Positions 9,744 to 18,245 of a DNA stretch of 25,123 nucleotides are shown piece by piece; positions within the stretch are counted from its first letter, which is position 1, and every line of letters starts with the position of its first letter. Source of the stretch: an uncultured bacterium (lineage in GTDB: Bacteria > CSSED10-310 > CAZUFC01); contig CAZUFC010000115.1 in assembly GCA_964619725.1 (NCBI GenBank), forward strand, positions 1-25,123, given 5' to 3'. The position numbers and the translations under genes were made by a program. A model generated the notes under the pieces. It saw only the letters and a program-made list of their open reading frames with translations. It was not told the DNA's origin and searched no databases.

Positions 9744-10736
9744 ATGAAAAAGAGTAAACAAATTGCGTTAGTGAGGATATTCTTTCCTCTGTTATTATTT
9801 TCGTTAATTTTTCTTTTTTTGTGGGGTTGCAACGCGCGTTTTTTTTCAGCATTTTCTCCCGGGGCGAAAGAGTTATACTCGAATGCACGGGGACCTCGTT
9901 GGTCACCGGACGGGAAACGAATATTAGCTCACAGTTATACGGCAGGGAATCCCTGGTACAGCGACCCAATACTATTGAAAGGAAGCAGTAGGCTTCGGTT
10001 GACTTTCAACCGAGCGATAGAGGGATATGGTTCATGGTTTCCTGACGGGGGGAGGATCGTATTTACGAGGGTATCATCCGGCGGTATCAGGAGATTGATA
10101 ATAAGGAATCTGAAAAGCGGCGAGGAGGACCAGGCGACAGATATGGATGCGGATCATCCTGACGTATCGCCCCTGGGCGTGAGCATAGCGTTCGACAGGA
10201 AATCTGAGGGACAGTCCCGGATTTGCATACTTTCATTGAAAGACAGAAGCATAGAAGAACTCACCGGTCTGCCGTTGAATTCATCTTTCCCCCGTTTCGA
10301 TGCGGCCGGCCGGCGTCTTGCATTTCAATTTGGGAGTGAAGGCGATCAGAGAATAGGCATCTATGAGATAAACAGCCGTGAATATCGCTCCCTGGCTTTG
10401 GGCGATAGTGTTATGAAACAGCCCTGCTGGTCGCCTGACGGCCGTTTTCTGGTCTGTTCGGCCAAACGAGGTGATGGATCGGGCGAGGAATTATGGCTGA
10501 TCGATCTGGAAGAAAACTCTGCAAGCGACATCCTTGATATGCATCCATTGACGAAAAGCGGCCCTGCTGCGATTTTCGTCAGGGAACCGGACTGGCATCC
10601 CGTGAAAAATTTGCTGGTTTTCAGCAGTTCAGGCGAACGAGCACGCTGGAGCATAAGTAAAATGAAAATATCGCTGGACAAAAAGCAGGCCCGGTCTATA
10701 AGGAATCGGGACTTGACAGAACGATACTCAAATTAG
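9744..10736 (+). CDS. TolB-like (PD40 repeat) beta-propeller lipoprotein
   Basis: Signal peptide with LWG-C lipobox; repeats PRWSPDGKRI, SWFPDGGRIVF, PDVSPLG, PCWSPDGRFL, PDWHP. Confidence 0.85.
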   Translation: MKKSKQIALVRIFFPLLLFSLIFLFLWGCNARFFSAFSPGAKELYSNARGPRWSPDGKRILAHSYTAGNPWYSDPILLKGSSRLRLTFNRAIEGYGSWFPDGGRIVFTRVSSGGIRRLIIRNLKSGEEDQATDMDADHPDVSPLGVSIAFDRKSEGQSRICILSLKDRSIEELTGLPLNSSFPRFDAAGRRLAFQFGSEGDQRIGIYEINSREYRSLALGDSVMKQPCWSPDGRFLVCSAKRGDGSGEELWLIDLEENSASDILDMHPLTKSGPAAIFVREPDWHPVKNLLVFSSSGERARWSISKMKISLDKKQARSIRNRDLTERYSN

Positions 10737-11934
10737 CTCCGCCGTTGGAAAAGGCGTTCATCAGCACGTGCTCGATTTTCGTATGCACTGTTTTCATCAC
10801 GTAGGGCGCTCTGTCATTCACACGCGGGAATTCCAGGTTAGGAGTAGGGGGAATAAAATCATTTTTGATTGCCAGGCAGGAAAAAAGAGTTTTGAGTCCG
10901 CCGAAACCGTCGAAGTGACCAGTGAAAGATTTAGTTGAAGTCAGAGGCGGCAGAGCATCATATTTATCATACAATTCGAGCACAGCTCGGACTTCAGCGG
11001 CATCCAGAATCTCTGTACCGTTGGCGGCTCCATGAATAAAGCTGATCCGTTCGGGCGAAAGGCCCGATATTTCAATGGCGCGTCGCATTGATTCGACGTA
11101 GCTATTATGCCTGCCGTCATAGGAAAACGGACCTTGCGTACAGCTTATTCTGGCGGCGCCGGAGATCACCGCGTAGATATTTGCGTTTCTTAGTTCAGCA
11201 TGCTTCAGTGATTCTACGATGAGCATTCCGGCCCCGCTGCCCAGCACAAGCCCGTTGGCCCTTTTATCATAGGGTCTTAATCCTTCGTGAGGATAATTAT
11301 TTCTCGGTGAAAGCGCTTTTACTTCATGATAGGCAAAATAGAGGAAAGGGCACAATTCGTCGATTCCGCCCACGATCAGGTAATCCGCGGCGCCTTGTTT
11401 TATCATGCTCGTCGCGTAGCAAAGAGCGGCTTCCGCGGAAGTTTCCTTGTGACTGAAAGTCGTATTAATTCCCTTTAATTTGAAATGAATGGCCATATTA
11501 CCGGCGCAGGCGTTCGGGACAGTATTGGGAAAGAGACTAGGATTGACCTGCCCCGGTCCCTCTTTAATCAACTTTGTAAAGAAACCGTCCGTTGAAGTCG
11601 TAGAACCGAAACCAGTTCCGAGAATAATACCCGCATCTGTTCGGGATAATTGTTCCGGCGTCAGGTTCGCATCGGTCATGGCGTAATGCGCTGCAGCTAT
11701 CCCCATTTGAGAAACCGCATCAAGTCGTCTTAGGCGATTTTTCGGAATAATGGAAGAGGGATCGAAAGGGACTGTTTCTCCGCCCAGGTGCGAACGCAAC
11801 TCCCCCGTATCGAACGACCGGACAAGCCCTATTCCGCTTTTTCCGCTCAATAAATTGCTTTCAATCTCATTCAGACTGTTTCCGATAGGAGTCACGCCCC
11901 CTATACCCGTCACCGCTGCGTAGTTTTCTTTCAT
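10696..11934 (-). CDS. Ketosynthase-like protein lacking the catalytic Cys (chain-length-factor-like)
   Basis: KS fold motifs (VTGIGGVTPIG, FPNTVPNA, NAFSNGGAN), but TACSS is replaced by HKETS and HGTAT by AANGT. Alternative start at 11955. Confidence 0.88.
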   Translation of the reverse strand: MKENYAAVTGIGGVTPIGNSLNEIESNLLSGKSGIGLVRSFDTGELRSHLGGETVPFDPSSIIPKNRLRRLDAVSQMGIAAAHYAMTDANLTPEQLSRTDAGIILGTGFGSTTSTDGFFTKLIKEGPGQVNPSLFPNTVPNACAGNMAIHFKLKGINTTFSHKETSAEAALCYATSMIKQGAADYLIVGGIDELCPFLYFAYHEVKALSPRNNYPHEGLRPYDKRANGLVLGSGAGMLIVESLKHAELRNANIYAVISGAARISCTQGPFSYDGRHNSYVESMRRAIEISGLSPERISFIHGAANGTEILDAAEVRAVLELYDKYDALPPLTSTKSFTGHFDGFGGLKTLFSCLAIKNDFIPPTPNLEFPRVNDRAPYVMKTVHTKIEHVLMNAFSNGGANLSIVLSSPDSL

Positions 11935-11939
11935 TGCCG

Positions 11940-13199
11940 TCAGCTCTCTTCGCATTTGCTGAAAATAATGCTCGTGTTGTTTCCCCCAAAAGCGAAAGAA
12001 TTTGTCATGGCTTTATTGACCATTTTCCTGCGCGCTTCATTAGGCGTATAGTCGAGGTCGCATTGAGGGTCAGGATTCGTCAATCTTAAAGTAGGAGGAA
12101 TAACGTCGTATAGAATCGTCAGGGCCAGGGCGACAGATTCGAGAGCGCCTGCCGACCCCAAACAATGACCGATCATTGATTTTATGGAACTGACAGACAG
12201 CCGGTAGGCATGCCGGCCGAATACGCTTTTCAAGGCCCTGGTTTCAGCCGGATCATTGGCGGGAGTCGCCGTGCCGTGTGCGCTGACATAATCTATTTCT
12301 TCCGGTGCGATTCCTGAATTATGCAGCGCTCTTTTCATCGCCTCAGCAGCTCCCTTCCCTCCGGGATCAGGAGCGGTCATATGATGGGCATCGCAAGACA
12401 GCCCGTAACCCAGGATTTCCGCGTATATCCCGGCATTTCTGGCCCTGGCGTGTTCCAGTTCCTCAAGCACAAGTATGCCGGCCCCTTCTCCGATGGAGAG
12501 GCCCTTGCGTTCGGCATCAAAGGGTCGACAGGGCTTCTCGTCGACCGACCTCAGCGAATTGAACCCCGCAAAAGTCAGCCGGGAAAGCGCGTCGCTGCCG
12601 CCAGAAATCATTATATCAGCCTCTCCCGCAACAATGGCGTCCCTGGCCATTCCTACCGCCGAAGCGCTTGAAGAACAGGCTGTAACGACGGTTGTACGGG
12701 GACCGCTAAAGCCGTATTTGCAAGCTATCAGGTCGGTTGCAGCCCCTGAGGGAAACGGAAGCAGGTTGTTGGGATTCGCTTTTTTACCGCTTTCCAGAAT
12801 TTGTGTCTTCCTGTAATTTTCAGCCGACAACATTCCGCCGGCGCCTGCCCCGAATATTACGCCTATACCCTCCCGAAACGATTCGTCGCTCTCCAAAATA
12901 CCAGCATCCCGGACAGCTTCCTCTGTCGCTATTAATCCCAGAATATCACAGCGGGAGTACCTCGTTTTTACTCCCTTGATCGGATATCGTTCCACCCAGG
13001 GATCGTTAATCTGAGCAGCGAGATGCGTTCTGTATCCTTCCGTGGAAAATAAAGTCAGCTCCTCTATTCCCGATCGCCCCCCGATCAGAGACTCCCAATA
13101 CTCCTTCACATTGCCGCCTATGGCGCATAAAACGCCGAGACCTGTAATCGCCACTCTTCTCACCGATGTTCTCTTTTCATTCTCCAATGCTTTTTTCAT
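11940..13199 (-). CDS. fabF: Beta-ketoacyl-ACP synthase II family ketosynthase (intact Cys-His-His)
   Basis: TACSS, AHGTAT, KSMIGH, NSFAFGGNN motifs; ATGA overlap with fabZ. Confidence 0.93.
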   Translation of the reverse strand: MKKALENEKRTSVRRVAITGLGVLCAIGGNVKEYWESLIGGRSGIEELTLFSTEGYRTHLAAQINDPWVERYPIKGVKTRYSRCDILGLIATEEAVRDAGILESDESFREGIGVIFGAGAGGMLSAENYRKTQILESGKKANPNNLLPFPSGAATDLIACKYGFSGPRTTVVTACSSSASAVGMARDAIVAGEADIMISGGSDALSRLTFAGFNSLRSVDEKPCRPFDAERKGLSIGEGAGILVLEELEHARARNAGIYAEILGYGLSCDAHHMTAPDPGGKGAAEAMKRALHNSGIAPEEIDYVSAHGTATPANDPAETRALKSVFGRHAYRLSVSSIKSMIGHCLGSAGALESVALALTILYDVIPPTLRLTNPDPQCDLDYTPNEARRKMVNKAMTNSFAFGGNNTSIIFSKCEES

Positions 13200-13648
13200 T
13201 CTTCTTCATCAACCAGCGCAAAAAATAACGTTCCTTCCGCAACCAGCTCATCATCGACCGTCGCCTTTCCTTCCGCCTTGATGATGTCGCCGAACCTGCG
13301 GACTAGCCTGACCTCCAATTTCATCTGATCGCCCGGCAAGACTTTCTTCTTGAATTTAAAATCCTTTACGGATGCAAGATAACCCATCTTTCCCGTAAAT
13401 TCTGTCTTGTCCGTCAAATCAGGATCATAATTCTGCGCCACTGCCGCCAGTTGAGCCAGCGATTCTATTATTAATACTCCGGGCATTATAGGATTTCCCG
13501 GAAAATGTCCCTGAAAAAAAAATTCGTTTCCGGATACGCTCTTTACTCCTATCGCGGCTTTTTCTCTCTCGATCTTCAAAATTTTATCCAGCATCAAAAA
13601 GGGAAATCGATGATAAAGAAATTTCTGTATTGTCTTGTTATCCAGCAT
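13196..13648 (-). CDS. fabZ: 3-hydroxyacyl-ACP dehydratase
   Basis: HRFPFLMLD and FFQGHFPGNPIMPGVLIIESLAQ motifs; GGAGG RBS. Confidence 0.95.
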   Translation of the reverse strand: MLDNKTIQKFLYHRFPFLMLDKILKIEREKAAIGVKSVSGNEFFFQGHFPGNPIMPGVLIIESLAQLAAVAQNYDPDLTDKTEFTGKMGYLASVKDFKFKKKVLPGDQMKLEVRLVRRFGDIIKAEGKATVDDELVAEGTLFFALVDEEE

Positions 13649-13853
13649 GCGTCAAACCTCCGATCTCTTCCCGGAAATTACTTTTTTAATGTAGAAGCCG
13701 ATAACCGCCGGTAAAGCGGTCGGCCGCATATTTCAGCCTCACGGTTGAATGTGCTCATAAGCCGAGATTCCTCGAAAAGTAAGCAACAATTTATTTTGTA
13801 AGAGCCGGCCATTTTTTCAGTCATCGTCCCGTCGCTCATACCCACTGTAATTA

Positions 13854-13872
13854 TAAGGCGCTGCGACGCCTT
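13854..13872 (-). terminator. Possible hairpin downstream of fabG
   Basis: AAGGCG-TCGCAG-CGCCTT stem-loop followed by AT-rich sequence; no clear U-tract. Confidence 0.3.
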
Positions 13873-13886
13873 GGGGAGCGGACCTT

Positions 13887-14624
13887 TTAACCGATCACCA
13901 GTCCGCCGTCTATCCTCAGGACCTGACCTGTAATGTAAGAAGCATCCGGACCGGCCAGAAACAGTATCGCTCCTGCTATTTCTTCGGGGCTCGCCATGCG
14001 CTTCATCGGAATAGCATCAAGCAACTGCTTTTTCACTTTCTCCGGTAAGGAATCGGTCATTTCCGTTTCAACGACCCCAGGACTGACCGCGTTAACTAAA
14101 ATATTAAACCGGACCATTTCTCTCGCTAGAGAATAAGTCATACTCACCAAACCGCCTTTCGCCGCTGAATAATTGGCCTGGCCTTCTCTGCCGGTCAGAC
14201 CGCTGGGCGATACGATATTGATTATTCTGCCGGATTTGGCGGCGATCATTCCTCTTAACGCCTTCCTGCTGCATAAAAAGGCGCCTTTTAAATGTACCGC
14301 AATCACTTCATCAAAATTTTCCTCTTTCATCAGCACGACTGAACCGTCACGCAATATTCCGGCATTATTGACCAGAACGTTTACAACTCCGTAACTCTTT
14401 TTTATCTCATCGAACATCGCATCGACTTGTTCCGCTTTAGAAACGTCGGCAGGAAAAGATGCCGCCTCACCTCCCGCTTTTCTTATCCGGTTTACAGTCT
14501 CTTCCGCTTCCTTCAGATCATTAACGGCCACTCGCGCTCCCCGACCGGCGAACGCTTCTGCTGCAGCCCGGCCTATACCTCTGGCCCCGCCGGTCACCAA
14601 TACTGTTTTTCCCTCAAACTGCAT
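13887..14624 (-). CDS. fabG: 3-oxoacyl-ACP reductase (SDR family)
   Basis: TGGARGIG, NNAG, YSAAK, ITGQVLRIDGG motifs. Confidence 0.93.
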   Translation of the reverse strand: MQFEGKTVLVTGGARGIGRAAAEAFAGRGARVAVNDLKEAEETVNRIRKAGGEAASFPADVSKAEQVDAMFDEIKKSYGVVNVLVNNAGILRDGSVVLMKEENFDEVIAVHLKGAFLCSRKALRGMIAAKSGRIINIVSPSGLTGREGQANYSAAKGGLVSMTYSLAREMVRFNILVNAVSPGVVETEMTDSLPEKVKKQLLDAIPMKRMASPEEIAGAILFLAGPDASYITGQVLRIDGGLVIG

Positions 14625-15585
14625 CTCGTTTCCTCTCCCTTTCCGGTCCTCTTATTTTTATGAAATCCTGCAAACGATATATTTTGATTTTCCTGTCTAT
14701 CCATCGGACGCTGCGATACAAAACATCTCCCGGTCCTATATCGATAAAAACATTGTATCCGTCATTCACCATCTTCTCTACGCTGTCTTTCCAATTTACC
14801 CGTAAAGCGAAATGCGCGTCCAGGAAACGCCTTATTTCCCGCGCCCCTTGAACATACTCCGCTTCTACGGTATTCACAAGAAATTCCTTCGCATGTTTGA
14901 AGCTGACTTTTTTAATTTTTTCAGCAAACCTCATGGCCGCGCTGCTGAGGAAAGGCGTGTGGTAAGGACCTTTTAAAGAAAGACGCGCTGTAGTCAACGC
15001 CCCAGCGTTCATGCATTCCTCCGACATTTTGTCGAATTTACTTCTGTCGCCCGATAAAATGATACGAGTCGAAGAATTAATGTTCGCCGGGAATATCTTT
15101 CCAGAAAATTCACGCTTCGAACAGAGTCGATTTATCTCATCAAGTCTTAACCCTGCAACGAACAACATGCCTCCGTTCATGCCTTCAGCTTCTTCATGAA
15201 TAATCCGCCCGGCAGTTTCCATCACCTGAAAAGCATCACCCGGTTTAAGCGCGCCTGCTCCGGACAACGCGGCGTAAACTCCCGATGAATATCCGCAATG
15301 CCCTGCAGGTTTCCACCCCATAGACTCCAGATATCGGCGCGATGCTTCCTGAAATAGAAAAACCTTCACCTGAGCTTTCAAATCGCCGAATACAGCTTCC
15401 GGTTTATCTTCGTGATAAGCCGTTTCGGCTTTGAATTCGAATGCTTTTTCGCCGATATCAATGGATGTATACGGCTGCAGATATGAAAAAAAGGTTTTCC
15501 GGTTATCGCATATTTTTTTCAAATCTTCTTCGATGCCTTCATATTCGCTGCCTTGTCCCGAATAAAGAAAAACTGCCGATTTCAT
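14614..15585 (-). CDS. FabD-like ACP acyltransferase with atypical active site
   Basis: FLYSGQGS, GYSSG nucleophile elbow, ANINS, GPYHTP, FIDIGPG. Start moved to ATG 15585 (GAGGG RBS, just after the radical SAM stop). Confidence 0.88.
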   Translation of the reverse strand: MKSAVFLYSGQGSEYEGIEEDLKKICDNRKTFFSYLQPYTSIDIGEKAFEFKAETAYHEDKPEAVFGDLKAQVKVFLFQEASRRYLESMGWKPAGHCGYSSGVYAALSGAGALKPGDAFQVMETAGRIIHEEAEGMNGGMLFVAGLRLDEINRLCSKREFSGKIFPANINSSTRIILSGDRSKFDKMSEECMNAGALTTARLSLKGPYHTPFLSSAAMRFAEKIKKVSFKHAKEFLVNTVEAEYVQGAREIRRFLDAHFALRVNWKDSVEKMVNDGYNVFIDIGPGDVLYRSVRWIDRKIKIYRLQDFIKIRGPERERKRDAV

Positions 15586-15595
15586 TTGATTTCCC

Positions 15596-16981
15596 TCAAC
15601 GTTTGGGCGGCACAATTGAAAAATATTCCCAGAGCGGTCCGTAATGCTTGAGTTTCCGCAAACGTCCCTGTAATTTTTCTTCATATTTTGAGCTGTAACC
15701 CGGCGCCACCCATCTTTTTTCTGATCTGACCTTCTGGCGTATACACTCCATCGCTTCGTCATCAAGATCAGGCGAAACGTAAAACTTCGGGTAAAGCAAA
15801 TTCTCGTTTTTCCCGATATATCCCTTCTTCAGCAGGCTCCAGTGAAGCGGCGTTCCCGGCAAAATGCGAATGCCGATCATGACGATCACCGCGGTCGGCA
15901 ACGACGCCTTAACATTGTCGAACGTCTCTCGTACCGTCCGAATATTTTCTCCGGGGCCGCCCAGCAATAAACTGTGACAAAAGGGCAATCCGCTTCGGGA
16001 ACATATGCCTGATACTCTGAGCGCTTGTTCCACAGTAAAGTTTTTTCGCAGGTTCTTCAGCATAACATCCGATAAAGCGTCCAATCCGAATTCAACTCCG
16101 CTGCAGCCGCTTTCAGCCATAAGAGAGGCAAGCTCCTCCGTGAAATTCTCCGGATGAGCATAACACGACCATTTGAATTCCGGCTTCCTTTTTTTCAGTT
16201 CACGACAAAAATCCAAAGCATGCTCCAACGGATTGTTGAATACATTGTCGACCACAAAGAAATGCTTGATGCCGTACCGCTCATACGCTTCAAACATCTC
16301 ATTTGCAGCGCTTTGCGGGTTCCTCAGCCTGACGTTTCTGCCTTGAAGCGCCGGATAGGTGCAATAAACGCACCGCTTATCGCAGCCCCGTTTGGTCTGG
16401 ATATTGCCCGAACCGCCCTTCTCCAGATAATAACTATTGTCCATCAATCCGCGAGACGGCGGCGGCACAAGGTCCAGGTTTTCTATCACTCCTCCGGGAT
16501 TCTGAATCAGAATTCCATTCCGCCTCCATAACAAACCGGGAACCTTATCCAGTCCCTTCTCCTTCTGTAAAGCCTTTATGAAAACATTGATTGACCGCTC
16601 TCCCTCTCCCGCTATCCCGTAACGGCACCCCGTATGCTCCATCAGCTCCCGGGGCAGAAGAGAGAATCCTGATCCCCCCAGGACCGCCGGCACACTCGTT
16701 ACGCTCCTGATCCGGGATACGCAGTCCTTCAATTCCTCAAAGAAAATCCTCGTTTTAGGAAAAGCCACATTATCTATATTTCTGAAAGAAATACCGATAA
16801 GCTCAGGATTATAATCCGCAATCGTCCGCATCAGCCCCTCATCCTGCTCCGGTATCCCTAAATCCGCAATTAGAACCTCATGCCCCTCCGATTCCAGCGA
16901 ACCCGCGACGTATGCCGCGCCCAGCGGCGCCACCGGGTCCGGCAGCATCTCCTTGTTGGCGCTGACTATTAAAACCTTCAT
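15596..16981 (-). CDS. B12-binding radical SAM protein, lipid-biosynthesis-cluster type
   Basis: N-terminal B12-binding domain (PLGAAYVA, IGISFRNIDN, VLGGSGFS, GEGE) and CxxxCxxC (QTKRGCDKRCVYCTYP); embedded among fab genes. Confidence 0.92.
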   Translation of the reverse strand: MKVLIVSANKEMLPDPVAPLGAAYVAGSLESEGHEVLIADLGIPEQDEGLMRTIADYNPELIGISFRNIDNVAFPKTRIFFEELKDCVSRIRSVTSVPAVLGGSGFSLLPRELMEHTGCRYGIAGEGERSINVFIKALQKEKGLDKVPGLLWRRNGILIQNPGGVIENLDLVPPPSRGLMDNSYYLEKGGSGNIQTKRGCDKRCVYCTYPALQGRNVRLRNPQSAANEMFEAYERYGIKHFFVVDNVFNNPLEHALDFCRELKKRKPEFKWSCYAHPENFTEELASLMAESGCSGVEFGLDALSDVMLKNLRKNFTVEQALRVSGICSRSGLPFCHSLLLGGPGENIRTVRETFDNVKASLPTAVIVMIGIRILPGTPLHWSLLKKGYIGKNENLLYPKFYVSPDLDDEAMECIRQKVRSEKRWVAPGYSSKYEEKLQGRLRKLKHYGPLWEYFSIVPPKR

Positions 16982-17904
16982 ACCTCTTTTTCCTTCTCAT
17001 GCCCCCAAAAAGGGTAAAAATTAAACCACTGATCGGGATAAATTCCTATATATTTTTCATAATAATTAACGAATTTTTTCAGAATCTGCCTTATTCTTTC
17101 CGGATCATTCGTCTCCTTTTCCCGGTTCAGCCTCGGCTTCACGATCGCACGGTATCCCGAATCCAGGCTCCTGACGAAAAAAACAGGGAGCAGATCAGCG
17201 CCGGACAGAGCGCCCAGGCGAATCGGAGCAACCGGAAAAAAAGCAGGGCTGCCGAAAAAATTTATCGCAGCGGTCTTGCCGCCGTAATGCCGGTCGCATT
17301 GAATCGAAACCGCCCTGTTATCGCGCAGCAGTTTTAAAATCGAAAAACCGGACCACAAGCCCGCTTCACCGCCGGCTTCCTTCACCCCGCGTCTCATGCG
17401 TACGCGACGCCTCTGACGGTCAAGCCCCAAGCTGCTCTCTCGCTGAGAAACAACATAACTGCCCCGATACCTTTCTGCAAACAATTGAGCCGCCATTTCC
17501 CAATTTCCGAGATGTCCCGTCAGTAATATGGTCCCCTTGCCTCTCTCCGCAGAAGATAAAAAATACTTTTCGCCGTCGATCTCCTTTAAATAACGCTCTG
17601 AACTTTCTTCCGGCGTCATTGTTTGAGCCCTGAACAAATCTATCATGCATAATGCAAAATTCCTGAATAAGCGGATGCTTACTTCCTCTAAAATCTCCTT
17701 ACTTCCCGCATCGAGATGACACAACGCTCTCCGTAAGTTGCTCTCAATTGCCTGACGGTCCCTTTCCGCATGCATACGAAAAACATCGGCTATCTTCCTG
17801 CCCGAACGATACAGCGCTTCCTCTGAAAGTATTCTCGATGCCGCATTGATGCTGCGTAATACAACTGAACGGTTCCATCCGTGAGAATGCCATCCCCGGT
17901 TCAT
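16978..17904 (-). CDS. LpxL/lysophospholipid acyltransferase family protein
   Basis: GHLGNWE catalytic motif, QCDR, FFGSPAFFP, YPDQWFNF. Start uncertain (ATG 17904 favoured; ORF open to 17967); ATGA overlap with the radical SAM gene. Confidence 0.9.
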   Translation of the reverse strand: MNRGWHSHGWNRSVVLRSINAASRILSEEALYRSGRKIADVFRMHAERDRQAIESNLRRALCHLDAGSKEILEEVSIRLFRNFALCMIDLFRAQTMTPEESSERYLKEIDGEKYFLSSAERGKGTILLTGHLGNWEMAAQLFAERYRGSYVVSQRESSLGLDRQRRRVRMRRGVKEAGGEAGLWSGFSILKLLRDNRAVSIQCDRHYGGKTAAINFFGSPAFFPVAPIRLGALSGADLLPVFFVRSLDSGYRAIVKPRLNREKETNDPERIRQILKKFVNYYEKYIGIYPDQWFNFYPFWGHEKEKEV

Positions 17905-18069
17905 CCCTTCTTTCTTACCTTGCACTCTTGTCCTCATATTCTCGCCGCTCATATCCTCGCTTCCCAAAAGTTCCCTTACTCAGATCGGCGTTTCCAGCCG
18001 CCTTTCCGGGAAAATCCCATCATAACAAAAAAAACTCAACAGAAAAAAACGTTTTTTTCAAAAAAAAGG

Positions 18070-18097
18070 TTGTGTTTCCTCTGAAATTTGATATTAT
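18070..18097 (+). promoter_or_regulatory. Possible extended -10 sigma70 promoter
   Basis: TTGTGT, 16-nt spacer, TGnTATTAT, with upstream A/T tracts. Confidence 0.5.
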
Positions 18098-18245
18098 TCT
18101 TTAAGTGAGCACTGGTTGAAACTCACAACGTCGTGTTTCCGACGGCTTGTACAAGACAGGAAGACACGGACGTACTTCATTTCGGATGCCCGTCATTACA
18201 ATGATTTCCTAAATTTCTTCACATTAAAGGAGACGTTTCCTTCTT

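Noticed and set aside
10696-10736. 41-nt convergent overlap of the TolB-like and CLF-like genes
   Set aside because: Short tail-to-tail overlaps are common; no sign of function.
15586-15765. 60-aa N-terminal extension of the AT ORF
   Set aside because: Overlaps the radical SAM gene; FabD homology and the RBS begin at 15585.
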